Of a stretch of DNA of 64,000 nt, positions 21,739 through 30,187 are shown piece after piece. Position 1 is the first letter of the stretch. Each line of letters begins with the position of its first letter. Under the pieces are notes generated by a model. It searched no databases. It was not told the DNA's origin and saw only the letters and a list, made by a program, of their open reading frames with translations. Made by a program: the position numbers and the translations under genes. This DNA comes from Candidatus Woesearchaeota archaeon (GTDB lineage Archaea > Nanobdellota > Nanobdellia > Woesearchaeales > JABIAG01): contig JABIAG010000001.1 in assembly GCA_018653365.1 (NCBI GenBank), positions 64,001-128,000 on the forward strand. The letters run 5' to 3'.

Positions 21739-22623
21739 ATGGAATTCCTACAAAACAAAGCAGCACAAGCAATACTAGCACTAATAATCATGGCATTATT
21801 AATTGCCATGGTTGTAGCAGTAAAAAATGCATCAGAAGAAGCAGCAGCTGCCAAATCCTGTGAAGCAAGCATAAAAATACACACAGATCTTATAAAATTA
21901 GGAGTGCCAGCAAGACATAATGAAATTGATTGTCCTGCAAAAATGATAGAAATAAACGAAAAAAACGCACAATTTGAGTTAGCAGAATCAATGAGAAAAT
22001 GCTGGAACCAATATGGTAAAGGCAATTTAAACATGTTTAATGGAGAGGGCATATTTTGTTCTATATGCAATGTAATTACGGTTGACGAACCAGTAGTTGT
22101 AGAAAACTTCGTTGAGTATTTAGCAAGCGCGTACGTACCTGGAAAAAGAACAAAATATTTAGCAGACATGGCCGATGTACAAACCGACAAGGCCTATGCT
22201 CTAGAGGGATATGAGGAGGCAATACTTCGAGATTCAGCACTAGAAGATTTTACAATAACAAAACAACAACCTTATGGAGTGATATTTGTTCAAGTAAAAG
22301 GATATGATAAATTAGGAAAGTATGTACGAACAGCTACAAATGTGTTGGGAGGGGCAGCAGTGGTTGGAACAGGCCTTTTAATAATGAAAGGGTCTACAAC
22401 ATTAAACATAATTCCTGGTTTTGGGACGTTAGCAAGTTGGATAGGCTATACTGTTGGTGGAGTACTGGTTGCAGGGGGAACAGTAACCACAATTGTTGCA
22501 GAATATTTTAATGTCTTAAATTTTGAACGTTATTCAGAAGTCGTATTGAGGCCATACACCGAAAAAACTTTAAATGAAACAATTGGATGTGACTACATAC
22601 CTGTAAGAGTAATAGAAAAATGA
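21739..22623 (+). CDS. Class III signal peptide protein with internal Gly-rich hydrophobic hairpin
   Basis: QNKAA|QAILALIIMALL; ESMRKCWNQYGKGNLN...CSIC motif shared with the previous gene; VLGGAAVVGTG...GGVLVAGG insert. Confidence 0.75.
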   Translation: MEFLQNKAAQAILALIIMALLIAMVVAVKNASEEAAAAKSCEASIKIHTDLIKLGVPARHNEIDCPAKMIEINEKNAQFELAESMRKCWNQYGKGNLNMFNGEGIFCSICNVITVDEPVVVENFVEYLASAYVPGKRTKYLADMADVQTDKAYALEGYEEAILRDSALEDFTITKQQPYGVIFVQVKGYDKLGKYVRTATNVLGGAAVVGTGLLIMKGSTTLNIIPGFGTLASWIGYTVGGVLVAGGTVTTIVAEYFNVLNFERYSEVVLRPYTEKTLNETIGCDYIPVRVIEK

Positions 22624-22772
22624 AACTAATAAACAAAAAAGGAAATTTTGGGTTCTTATCCAAATCCGCAGTATTATTCATTATAATTATGGCATTAGTG
22701 GCGATAATAGTTTACTTCTTAGTAAAATTTTTACCTAGAGGAATAGCCTTCGCGAGGATGTTCGGCAGATGA
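22620..22772 (+). CDS. 50-aa minimal pilin-like protein (not in ORF track)
   Basis: MKLINKKG|NFGFLSKSAVLFIIIMALVAIIVYFLVKFLPRGIAFARMFGR*; ATGA overlaps at both ends. Confidence 0.8.
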   Translation: MKLINKKGNFGFLSKSAVLFIIIMALVAIIVYFLVKFLPRGIAFARMFGR

Positions 22773-23143
22773 AATCAGGAATATTAACAGCAGCAGTAAT
22801 TATTTTAGTATTGGTACTGGCAATGGTAATGTTTGTTATTAATGGTAAAGTTGGGGGCGGACTTACAAGAATACTCGGAACATCAGAAGATTACCAATAC
22901 TGTGAAGAAACAAAAACAACAGCAAATGAGTTCAATTCAAATTTACAGGTGAAAATAAATGATGGCGATGAGGCCAGAAACTATTATGAATTTCATGCAA
23001 ATGAGGGTTGTTTTAAAGATCCGTCAAATATAGAGTTAGATAAACAATTAAAATGTGATTTTTTTTGTGAAAATGAAAATTTTAGAGTGAGTGAAAGTAT
23101 ACAAAAAAGAATAACTCGCTTTTGTAAAAGTTGTAGAGGATAG
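22769..23143 (+). CDS. Small pilin-like membrane protein, Cys-rich
   Basis: MKSG|ILTAAVIILVLVLAMVMFVI; six Cys in the soluble part. Confidence 0.7.
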   Translation: MKSGILTAAVIILVLVLAMVMFVINGKVGGGLTRILGTSEDYQYCEETKTTANEFNSNLQVKINDGDEARNYYEFHANEGCFKDPSNIELDKQLKCDFFCENENFRVSESIQKRITRFCKSCRG

Positions 23144-23145
23144 AA

Positions 23146-23290
23146 ACATTTATATAACATAAATCTTTGATTTATGAATATAAATGTCCGAAAAATGGGA
23201 TTAAGTTATTGCACATTTATATAATAAACTTAGTTATTTAGGAGCATAGATATTCAAAAAATAAAAATGGTTTTTCGATACATTTATATA
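23146..23290 (+). promoter_or_regulatory. Three TATA-like ACATTTATATA boxes at 67-bp spacing plus one inverted copy
   Basis: Copies start at 23146, 23213 and 23280; inverted ATATAAATGT at 23178-23187; SD GAGGTG at 23331 before ATG 23343. Confidence 0.7.
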
Positions 23291-23342
23291 GGAGAAAGGG
23301 GATAGAAAACATAATACCTAAAAAAAACTCGAGGTGTCAAGC

Positions 23343-23609
23343 ATGGAAAAAGGTCAAGGTTTATCAATAACAACAATTGTTGTAGCGGCAATAGCATTAT
23401 TAATTCTAGTTGTATTGGTTGCAGTATTCACAGGACAATTCGGAGGATTTACACTCGGAGTTCAAGATTGTAACGCTAAAAGTGGAGCATGTTACGATTC
23501 CTGTCCAACAGGAACTGCAGTATTACAAGGAAGAACATCATGTAGCAAACTACCTTCTGTAGATGGTGAAGGAAAACAAGTTTGTTGTATAAGCCCAGAA
23601 GGGATATAA
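23343..23609 (+). CDS. Small pilin (candidate major pilin) with 6-Cys domain
   Basis: MEKG|QGLSITTIVVAAIALLILVVLVAVF; strong SD; C-x6-C-x3-C-x12-C-x13-CC. Confidence 0.85.
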   Translation: MEKGQGLSITTIVVAAIALLILVVLVAVFTGQFGGFTLGVQDCNAKSGACYDSCPTGTAVLQGRTSCSKLPSVDGEGKQVCCISPEGI

Positions 23610-23616
23610 ATATAAA

Positions 23617-23898
23617 ATGAATAAAAACGGAGTAGCAATTGGAGTAACAACAATAGTAATTGTTGTAATTGCACTCTTAGTTCTAGTTGTGGTAATGGCC
23701 GCATTCTCAGGACAATTCGGCGGATTCGGACAAGCTGTAAGAGACTGTCCAAGCAAAGGGGGAGAATGTAAATCTGGTTGTCTTCCAGAAGAAACACGAT
23801 ACTTTGGGGTGGGGATTTGTAAAGATGCAGGAAATGATCCCGGTGATGATGGTGCAGCCAAAGATAAATGCTGTATAGATATAGCAAAAGTTGATTAA
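23617..23898 (+). CDS. Small pilin, tandem paralog of the previous gene
   Basis: MNKNG|VAIGVTTIVIVVIALLVLVVV; shares GQFGGF..V.DC..K.G.C with 23343. Confidence 0.85.
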   Translation: MNKNGVAIGVTTIVIVVIALLVLVVVMAAFSGQFGGFGQAVRDCPSKGGECKSGCLPEETRYFGVGICKDAGNDPGDDGAAKDKCCIDIAKVD

Positions 23899-23902
23899 AA
23901 AT

Positions 23903-23917
23903 TATTTTTTCTTTTTA
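23903..23917 (+). terminator. Probable oligo-T terminator after the pilin pair
   Basis: T-rich tract right after the stop; a new TATA-like TTTAAATA follows at ~23945. Confidence 0.45.
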
Positions 23918-23973
23918 ACTTTATTCTCTAAGCAGATAGAAATATTTAAATAGGGTTAAGAGAATAAAAAGGT

Positions 23974-24915
23974 ATGAAAAAGAAAGGGGCAATAGGTGCA
24001 GCATTAGTCTTAGTTGGTGTGATGATTGTGGTTATAATTGTGCTGGTGGTTGTTGGACCTTCTTTAATAAAGCAATTTAGAGGATTAGACGGTTATTTAA
24101 GAGGTATAGAAACCACAAACAAATTCTGTGATCAAATCGCTAAAGAAGTAACATTGAAAGATGTATCATTACGAGATGGTGATCAAAAATATACTGGACA
24201 AACAGTACCAAAACCCGGAGCGTGTGAAGTATTAGCACGGGAAAAAGGAGAATTTCGAAAAGGTAGAGACGGAAAAGGACAACAAGAATTCAGATGGACC
24301 TTCTCAAAAGAATCTAATCCTGAATATGGAAATGAGTTCTGTTGCTTATTCATAGTTAATGTAGGTGAAAATGGAGAAGACCTACCTCCTACAAGAACAG
24401 GTACTTCTGGAAGCAATACTGGTTCTGATGATGCAACTGGCGCTTCAGATGGGGTAATAATTACAACCAATGCAGCTGGAGATACAATAAAAACATATCC
24501 TGATGGAACTGTTGAAACTATTTATAAAACTCCCATAGATTTGATAGATCTAAACGATTTACCTCAAGAAGCAGAGGTTCCTGCACAATGTAAAAATTAT
24601 AATAAAGACGTAAATGAAATCAATATAGATTGTGGCGGACCTTGTGCTGTTTGTGAATGTGTTTTTGAGACTAATCGTTTTGTCTATTATGAACAACCCG
24701 ATTCGATTTTTTATTTTGCATTTTTTGATTTGAGTTGGAAATTTACCCAATCAGGGGATGGAACCCCCTCTGACGTTGGAAATTTAGCTCTTGGAACGTA
24801 TTCAAATGAACTCAAGGAACTAGGACGAGAATTAAGAACAAAAAATGAAACTGAAGGGCGTCAATATCTTGAAAACACTTTTTGCATATTTAAAACGATT
24901 ACTAAAACATCTTAA
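23974..24915 (+). CDS. Class III signal peptide protein with Thr/Gly linker and DCGG Cys module
   Basis: MKKKG|AIGAALVLVGVMIVVII; EINIDCGGPCAVC. Confidence 0.8.
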   Translation: MKKKGAIGAALVLVGVMIVVIIVLVVVGPSLIKQFRGLDGYLRGIETTNKFCDQIAKEVTLKDVSLRDGDQKYTGQTVPKPGACEVLAREKGEFRKGRDGKGQQEFRWTFSKESNPEYGNEFCCLFIVNVGENGEDLPPTRTGTSGSNTGSDDATGASDGVIITTNAAGDTIKTYPDGTVETIYKTPIDLIDLNDLPQEAEVPAQCKNYNKDVNEINIDCGGPCAVCECVFETNRFVYYEQPDSIFYFAFFDLSWKFTQSGDGTPSDVGNLALGTYSNELKELGRELRTKNETEGRQYLENTFCIFKTITKTS

Positions 24916-24917
24916 AA

Positions 24918-25481
24918 ATGAAACAGAATAAACTAATAAACCAAAAAGGAGTACTGGGAGAGGGAGGAGTAAGATTAATGGTAATAATCGTACTTGTTCT
25001 TTTAATGGCAGCAGTAGTTGGGTGGTGGGCAATAACCTCAACAAGCGAATCAGGAACAAGACTAACAGAATTAGGAGAGTGTGAAAGAGGTTTTGAAGGA
25101 ATGTATGGAATGTGCTCACAAGTGCAATGCGAAGCAACAGGGGGGGATTCAGTAGTTTCAAGTATGTTAAAAACATGTCCATCAACAAGAGTAAGATTAG
25201 CATTTCAATTACAAGGAATACAAAAACAAGAAGTTAACAAATACAAATATTGTTGTATAGTAGATCATTGTTCAGATATAACCGATCACGGAGTACCCAG
25301 AGTTCAGGGCTGTTTTTACGGTGAAGAAGATCAAGACTATTCGCTTTGTGCAACAGACAAAGGACATAAAACAGGTTATACTGAAGATCTCTGTTTAGGT
25401 TATGCAAAAGATTGCTTGCCTGAAGACGGATGTTGTTGTGTAATTCCTGAATCAAAAAACGCATTAAGAAAAAATAAATAA
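24918..25481 (+). CDS. Class III signal peptide protein, Cys-rich
   Basis: NQKG|VLGEGGVRLMVIIVLVLLMAAVV; two Cys clusters ending in CC and CCC. Confidence 0.75.
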   Translation: MKQNKLINQKGVLGEGGVRLMVIIVLVLLMAAVVGWWAITSTSESGTRLTELGECERGFEGMYGMCSQVQCEATGGDSVVSSMLKTCPSTRVRLAFQLQGIQKQEVNKYKYCCIVDHCSDITDHGVPRVQGCFYGEEDQDYSLCATDKGHKTGYTEDLCLGYAKDCLPEDGCCCVIPESKNALRKNK

Positions 25482-25486
25482 TAAAA

Positions 25487-28039
25487 ATGAAAAAAAGAGG
25501 GTTCTTAAGTCATGTAACTAATCTAATTCTCGCAGCAATAGTCATATTAGTAATAATTGTAATTGTAGCTAAATTCATGCAAGGACTCGGCGGAAACGAA
25601 TTTCATCCCGGAAGTGAAATGACCCTGGAACGAGTAAAAGAACAAATTGACATTCTCATGGATTCTGAAGAAGCTTTTGCAGAAACCACTCTCAGATTTA
25701 GCATACACGAAGATTATTTATTTATGGCAGGAGACAAATCATCAATTAAGGGCATGCCGTTAATCCAGGCAATGCTAGAAAACATTCCTAATCAGTATGC
25801 AGCATATAATCACGCAGAACCAAAATGCAAGGACCGATCTTGTGTTTGTATATTAAATCAAGATAACAAACCATTATGCAAAAGTTTTCTTAATGAAATA
25901 ACTTTTGTTGGAGAGGAAGGAAAAAATCCGCGTAGTCCACCATACCTGGGCTCACAAATTAGAGGCAGTCCGAATGGAAATGTAGCTCTTGCCAAATTTA
26001 ACTTAACCACACTTTATGTTGCAAAAATAGTAATTGATGATGACAGATCTGGAAAACAAACATTTGTTTACATCACTCCCATAATGAGATCTGGAACCTG
26101 GGGACTGACCATAGAACAAATCAGGGCAAAAATGGCCACGTTTAAAGAAAAAATAGCAGCTGCAGCCTACGAAAAAAACTACGAACTTGTTTCATGCAGT
26201 ACTGGCGCAAACGGATTTTATAGATCAACAGATGAAGAATGTTCACGATTATATCTGTCAGAAAATCATCAACAACCCTTTTATCCCTCGCCATCATCAC
26301 AAATAATAAGTTTAGGAAAACTAAAAGATTTCTATGAAGCAGAAGATAGGCTGTCCAAACCATATTGCTGTCAGGTAATAAATGCAGATACTGAATGTAC
26401 TTCTCAAGCATTACAAGGTTATGCAACCTGTTCAGACACCCTAAGTTGTAGCAGCATAAAATACACTAATCCCCATAATGGCAAAGAATTCCCCTCAATT
26501 TCAATAGGTTCAAGAGGGTGCGATTTTACTTGCTGTTACGCATACGGAGCAAAACCTCGAATATTAGAATTTAACTCAGCAGTATATTGTGAAGATGAAA
26601 TTAAAAACTATGAAGAAACTGATGTTGACTGTGGCGGAACAAAATGTGAAAAATGCGAATTAAACAAACGATGTGAAGAAAATACCGATTGTGCTGAAAA
26701 TTTAGTCTGTGAAGAAAAAAGAGATTACGAATTAGATGGGCGCGGGAGAAGATTAACCATTCCCGGCGGGTTCGTTTTTGAATGTAAAGGAGAAGAAAAT
26801 CAATCATGTACTAATATTGCTGATTGTAAATTCGGATTAAAATGTAAAGATGAAAAATGTGTACTAAAAGAAGAGGGAGACCTATGCGAAGCACCAGAAC
26901 ATTGCGGAGAGGGATTAATCTGTGAAATGCGAAAGTGTGTAGATCTAGAAAAAAGAGAGGAAGAAGCTAGATATAAACTATATGAAATCCAAATTCAGAA
27001 AGATTTTAACACATTTACTGCGGCTCCAATATATGCACCAGTAATTCTTCCTCAGGGTGAACAATTACCTAGTAATTATCGAGCACTAGGAATAGATTAT
27101 TTTGAGCCAACAAAACCGTTTAGTTCAATACTCGATGGTGAATTAGTTTATCAAGATGGAACAATATGTGAAAAAGAGGGGTTATGTTTAAATGAGCTAA
27201 CTTCTTGTGGTGAGGGATGTGAAGAATCAGAGTATTGTTGTTCATTTTTTGATAAGTGTATGAATTCAGAAAGTATAATTGATACATCACTCTATTATCA
27301 GTTTGAAGCGCCATTTTTAGATCCAGTTTATGTCAAGTTAGAAAATACGTGTTTACCAAAAGGGTACACTCCAGTGTTAATTTCAAGAGCGCCCTTTTTT
27401 TCTGTAAAAGAATATTCTGAAATAACTGATGCAGAATTTTTATTTAATGAAGATGAAATAAGAACCAAAGAAAGTTTAGAACTGGGAGAGGGAGGAAAAT
27501 TATACTACTTTTTTAAAAAATCTAAAGATGGAAATGAATATGCCCCAATATATGTTGACGCAACTAAAATTGCAAATTTACACTATACCTTGGAACAAAT
27601 AAAATATGGTAGTCAGGCATTATCAATATATTATAAAGATATTAAAGATGGAGAATTCATTTTTGAACCTAATCAGGGAGCATGTCCAAAAGGGTATGGT
27701 TGTCATGATATTATGGAATATAACTGTAAATCTGAATTAACTTGTGAAGGAGACGAATGTTGTTCAACAGATAGTTATTGTTGTGAATTTTCAGGAGAGT
27801 GCATTCCAAAAACAGCCTTTCAAAGTACTGATGAGTTTTATAGTTATGCCGGGCCATCAGAAGGATTCTTTTCAAAAATTGGAGAAAGATGCATTCCTCC
27901 CTTATCTTTAAAAACAAAAAGTTCAGAACCCTACTTCATAAAAAAAGATTATTCACAAATCTTAGGTTCAGAATTTGTTTTTTATCAAGGGGATGATTCA
28001 ATACAAAAAGCTACAATTGAGGAACAACAAAGTGAATAA
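25487..28039 (+). CDS. Large Cys-rich class III signal peptide protein with internal duplication
   Basis: MKKRG|FLSHVTNLILAAIVIL; ETDVDCGG module; duplicated ~150-170 aa C-terminal unit. Confidence 0.8.
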   Translation: MKKRGFLSHVTNLILAAIVILVIIVIVAKFMQGLGGNEFHPGSEMTLERVKEQIDILMDSEEAFAETTLRFSIHEDYLFMAGDKSSIKGMPLIQAMLENIPNQYAAYNHAEPKCKDRSCVCILNQDNKPLCKSFLNEITFVGEEGKNPRSPPYLGSQIRGSPNGNVALAKFNLTTLYVAKIVIDDDRSGKQTFVYITPIMRSGTWGLTIEQIRAKMATFKEKIAAAAYEKNYELVSCSTGANGFYRSTDEECSRLYLSENHQQPFYPSPSSQIISLGKLKDFYEAEDRLSKPYCCQVINADTECTSQALQGYATCSDTLSCSSIKYTNPHNGKEFPSISIGSRGCDFTCCYAYGAKPRILEFNSAVYCEDEIKNYEETDVDCGGTKCEKCELNKRCEENTDCAENLVCEEKRDYELDGRGRRLTIPGGFVFECKGEENQSCTNIADCKFGLKCKDEKCVLKEEGDLCEAPEHCGEGLICEMRKCVDLEKREEEARYKLYEIQIQKDFNTFTAAPIYAPVILPQGEQLPSNYRALGIDYFEPTKPFSSILDGELVYQDGTICEKEGLCLNELTSCGEGCEESEYCCSFFDKCMNSESIIDTSLYYQFEAPFLDPVYVKLENTCLPKGYTPVLISRAPFFSVKEYSEITDAEFLFNEDEIRTKESLELGEGGKLYYFFKKSKDGNEYAPIYVDATKIANLHYTLEQIKYGSQALSIYYKDIKDGEFIFEPNQGACPKGYGCHDIMEYNCKSELTCEGDECCSTDSYCCEFSGECIPKTAFQSTDEFYSYAGPSEGFFSKIGERCIPPLSLKTKSSEPYFIKKDYSQILGSEFVFYQGDDSIQKATIEEQQSE

Positions 28040-29030
28040 AAAAGGAACTAGCGATGTATTTTTAGTAATATTACAAATGCTAATTGTGGGACTAGTACTA
28101 GCATTTATGATAGCAAAAGTTGGAGCAGTAGATATAAGTTTTCTCAAACGTACAATTGTAGTGCAAAACTTAGGGATGGTAATGTCCGCAATCTCATTTC
28201 TACCTGGAAGTTTTAGTTATGCCTACCTAACAGAATATGACGAAAAAATGGCAGACTGGTTAAAATTTCCAGCAAAAATAAATGATAAAGATATTTTTTA
28301 TGATGAAAAAGCTGAAAATGTAAATTCAGGAAATGTAAAATATCAATTATTTATGAATGACATTCAATACGACCAATTAAACAGACTGGTGATGCTCAAG
28401 AAAAAAGCAATATTCATAGAAAAAGCAAATAAATTCATTACTTCAGATAAAGTAAACGAAGATCTCAGAAAGTTAGTTTGTGAAAAAGTAACTTATGATT
28501 TGAAAGTTAAATCACTAAATGGAGGAGATGAAACTAAGTTCTACACTGCAGAAGGCGAAGAAGTTACAAACGTAAATGAAAATTACGTCAATATGGAAAA
28601 ACAATACTTCCAGGAACAAAATCGCGTTTATCCGGGAAATAGGGGTTTAAAAAATGAAGACCAAGACGAGGCAACAATAACACAAAAACTAGCTGAACTA
28701 ATTAATCCAGTAACTGATGTATTAATACAACCCGAAACACTTAGCGAAAAACATATCTTGTTAACTGTGGGGGAATATGAATCCACTAAAAATTTCATGA
28801 TCATTTACGCACCAATAACAACCTTTGAAGACGATTATAAAATTGGATGCAACATACTAAATAATGTTTTAGACACAGAATTAAAAGATCAAATAGACGG
28901 AATAGCAATAATTCCCAGTTTAGGAAACCACATTATATTTGAAGTTGGAAACATGGCAAAACCAAACAACCCCCTTCTAATAAGTGAAGACAATCTAATG
29001 TTAATTGCAGAGGGAATAAAAAATGAGTGA
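28032..29030 (+). CDS. Class III signal peptide protein with degenerate Amidase_3-like C-terminal domain
   Basis: GTG start (M)NKKG|TSDVFLVILQMLIVGL; LLTVG...IIYA...KIGCNILNNV...IIFEVGNM follows the order of Amidase_3 motifs. Confidence 0.65.
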   Translation: MNKKGTSDVFLVILQMLIVGLVLAFMIAKVGAVDISFLKRTIVVQNLGMVMSAISFLPGSFSYAYLTEYDEKMADWLKFPAKINDKDIFYDEKAENVNSGNVKYQLFMNDIQYDQLNRLVMLKKKAIFIEKANKFITSDKVNEDLRKLVCEKVTYDLKVKSLNGGDETKFYTAEGEEVTNVNENYVNMEKQYFQEQNRVYPGNRGLKNEDQDEATITQKLAELINPVTDVLIQPETLSEKHILLTVGEYESTKNFMIIYAPITTFEDDYKIGCNILNNVLDTELKDQIDGIAIIPSLGNHIIFEVGNMAKPNNPLLISEDNLMLIAEGIKNE

Positions 29031-29541
29031 TGACGCACTACTTTACGATCAAACAATGTATATCATAAAAATGATTTTTCTAGCAGCAACAGTAATCACA
29101 ATAGTAGTCTTAACCTATGTTTTTTCATTTCAAACAATAAAAACAGACGTATTAGAGATACAAACATTAATCGAAGAAACATATTCGTCCCCCCAAGTAT
29201 TTGCATATCAAGACACATTAACAAAAAGAGCATATCCGGGCATTATTGATCTAGAAAAGTTCAAAACATTAAACCTCAATGAGATAATACAAACAAATAG
29301 AAATGACATCATAATGAAAGTACGCTTACTCGATGATGCTTCTGAAGAAGTAACCATAAAATACTTCATTCCTACTAAAGAGCCAACAGCCGAAGTTTTT
29401 CAAATAGCAGAGACACTAATTAAATACCCAGAAAGAACAACAACATTAACAGATTATCCTTTATTAAAACCTGTAACAATACTGAAAGATGGAGAAATGA
29501 AAAGAGGAACGCTAGAGTTTTATGCTATCAAACAAAAATGA
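29023..29541 (+). CDS. Single N-terminal TM protein of the pilin cluster
   Basis: TM MYIIKMIFLAATVITIVVLTYVF; no basic leader; overlaps both neighbours. Confidence 0.75.
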   Translation: MSDDALLYDQTMYIIKMIFLAATVITIVVLTYVFSFQTIKTDVLEIQTLIEETYSSPQVFAYQDTLTKRAYPGIIDLEKFKTLNLNEIIQTNRNDIIMKVRLLDDASEEVTIKYFIPTKEPTAEVFQIAETLIKYPERTTTLTDYPLLKPVTILKDGEMKRGTLEFYAIKQK

Positions 29542-30179
29542 GAATGAATAAACGAGGAGGGGGACCCTCAGATACAATAGTGTCTGTGTGGAGCGGGATA
29601 TTTTGGGTATTTGTAATTCTTATATTTGTATTGTTATTCAATTTAAGATCTTGCGTGTCAGGACACGAAGCAGGAGAACAAGCAATAGAAGGACAATTAA
29701 GCGAGATGGTAGATCAACATGACATCATGTTAACATATTTAACAACATCATTAGATTATTGTGACAGTTTAGATGCAAAAACTAAAACATTAACACACGC
29801 AGAACTGATAACGTTTTTTATGAAAGGTGTTCCTAAATCTATTACTGAAAGGCAAGTAGAAAAAAATGATTATGAAAAAAGATTTGAAAATAAGGAGTAC
29901 GCAAGATACCTCAAAATTTGGTATGACTGCAACAAGCAATATTTTGGACCTGAAAAAACACTAAAAATCTTAGTAAACAATTATTACAAGTACCCTAATA
30001 GTTTTAAAACAAAACTGCCCTTTGAAAATAAATTAATTAATTTAGAACTAGTGTTTGATAAAGGGTCAAAATTAGTTTTTGTCTTAAGTGAAGAAGAATT
30101 ACAAAAAATACTTGATCAAGAAGACGCCGCAGAAGAAGAATCAACACTTGATTGGGCAGTTATGCACGGAGCACCTTAA
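29538..30179 (+). CDS. Class III signal peptide protein
   Basis: MRMNKRG|GGPSDTIVSVWSGIFWVFVILIFVLLF. Confidence 0.75.
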   Translation: MRMNKRGGGPSDTIVSVWSGIFWVFVILIFVLLFNLRSCVSGHEAGEQAIEGQLSEMVDQHDIMLTYLTTSLDYCDSLDAKTKTLTHAELITFFMKGVPKSITERQVEKNDYEKRFENKEYARYLKIWYDCNKQYFGPEKTLKILVNNYYKYPNSFKTKLPFENKLINLELVFDKGSKLVFVLSEEELQKILDQEDAAEEESTLDWAVMHGAP

Positions 30180-30187
30180 ACATTAAA

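Noticed and set aside
23146-23346. 67-bp periodicity resembling a CRISPR array
   Set aside because: Only 11 bp are conserved, the 'spacers' resemble each other, the motif is TATA-like and no cas genes are present.
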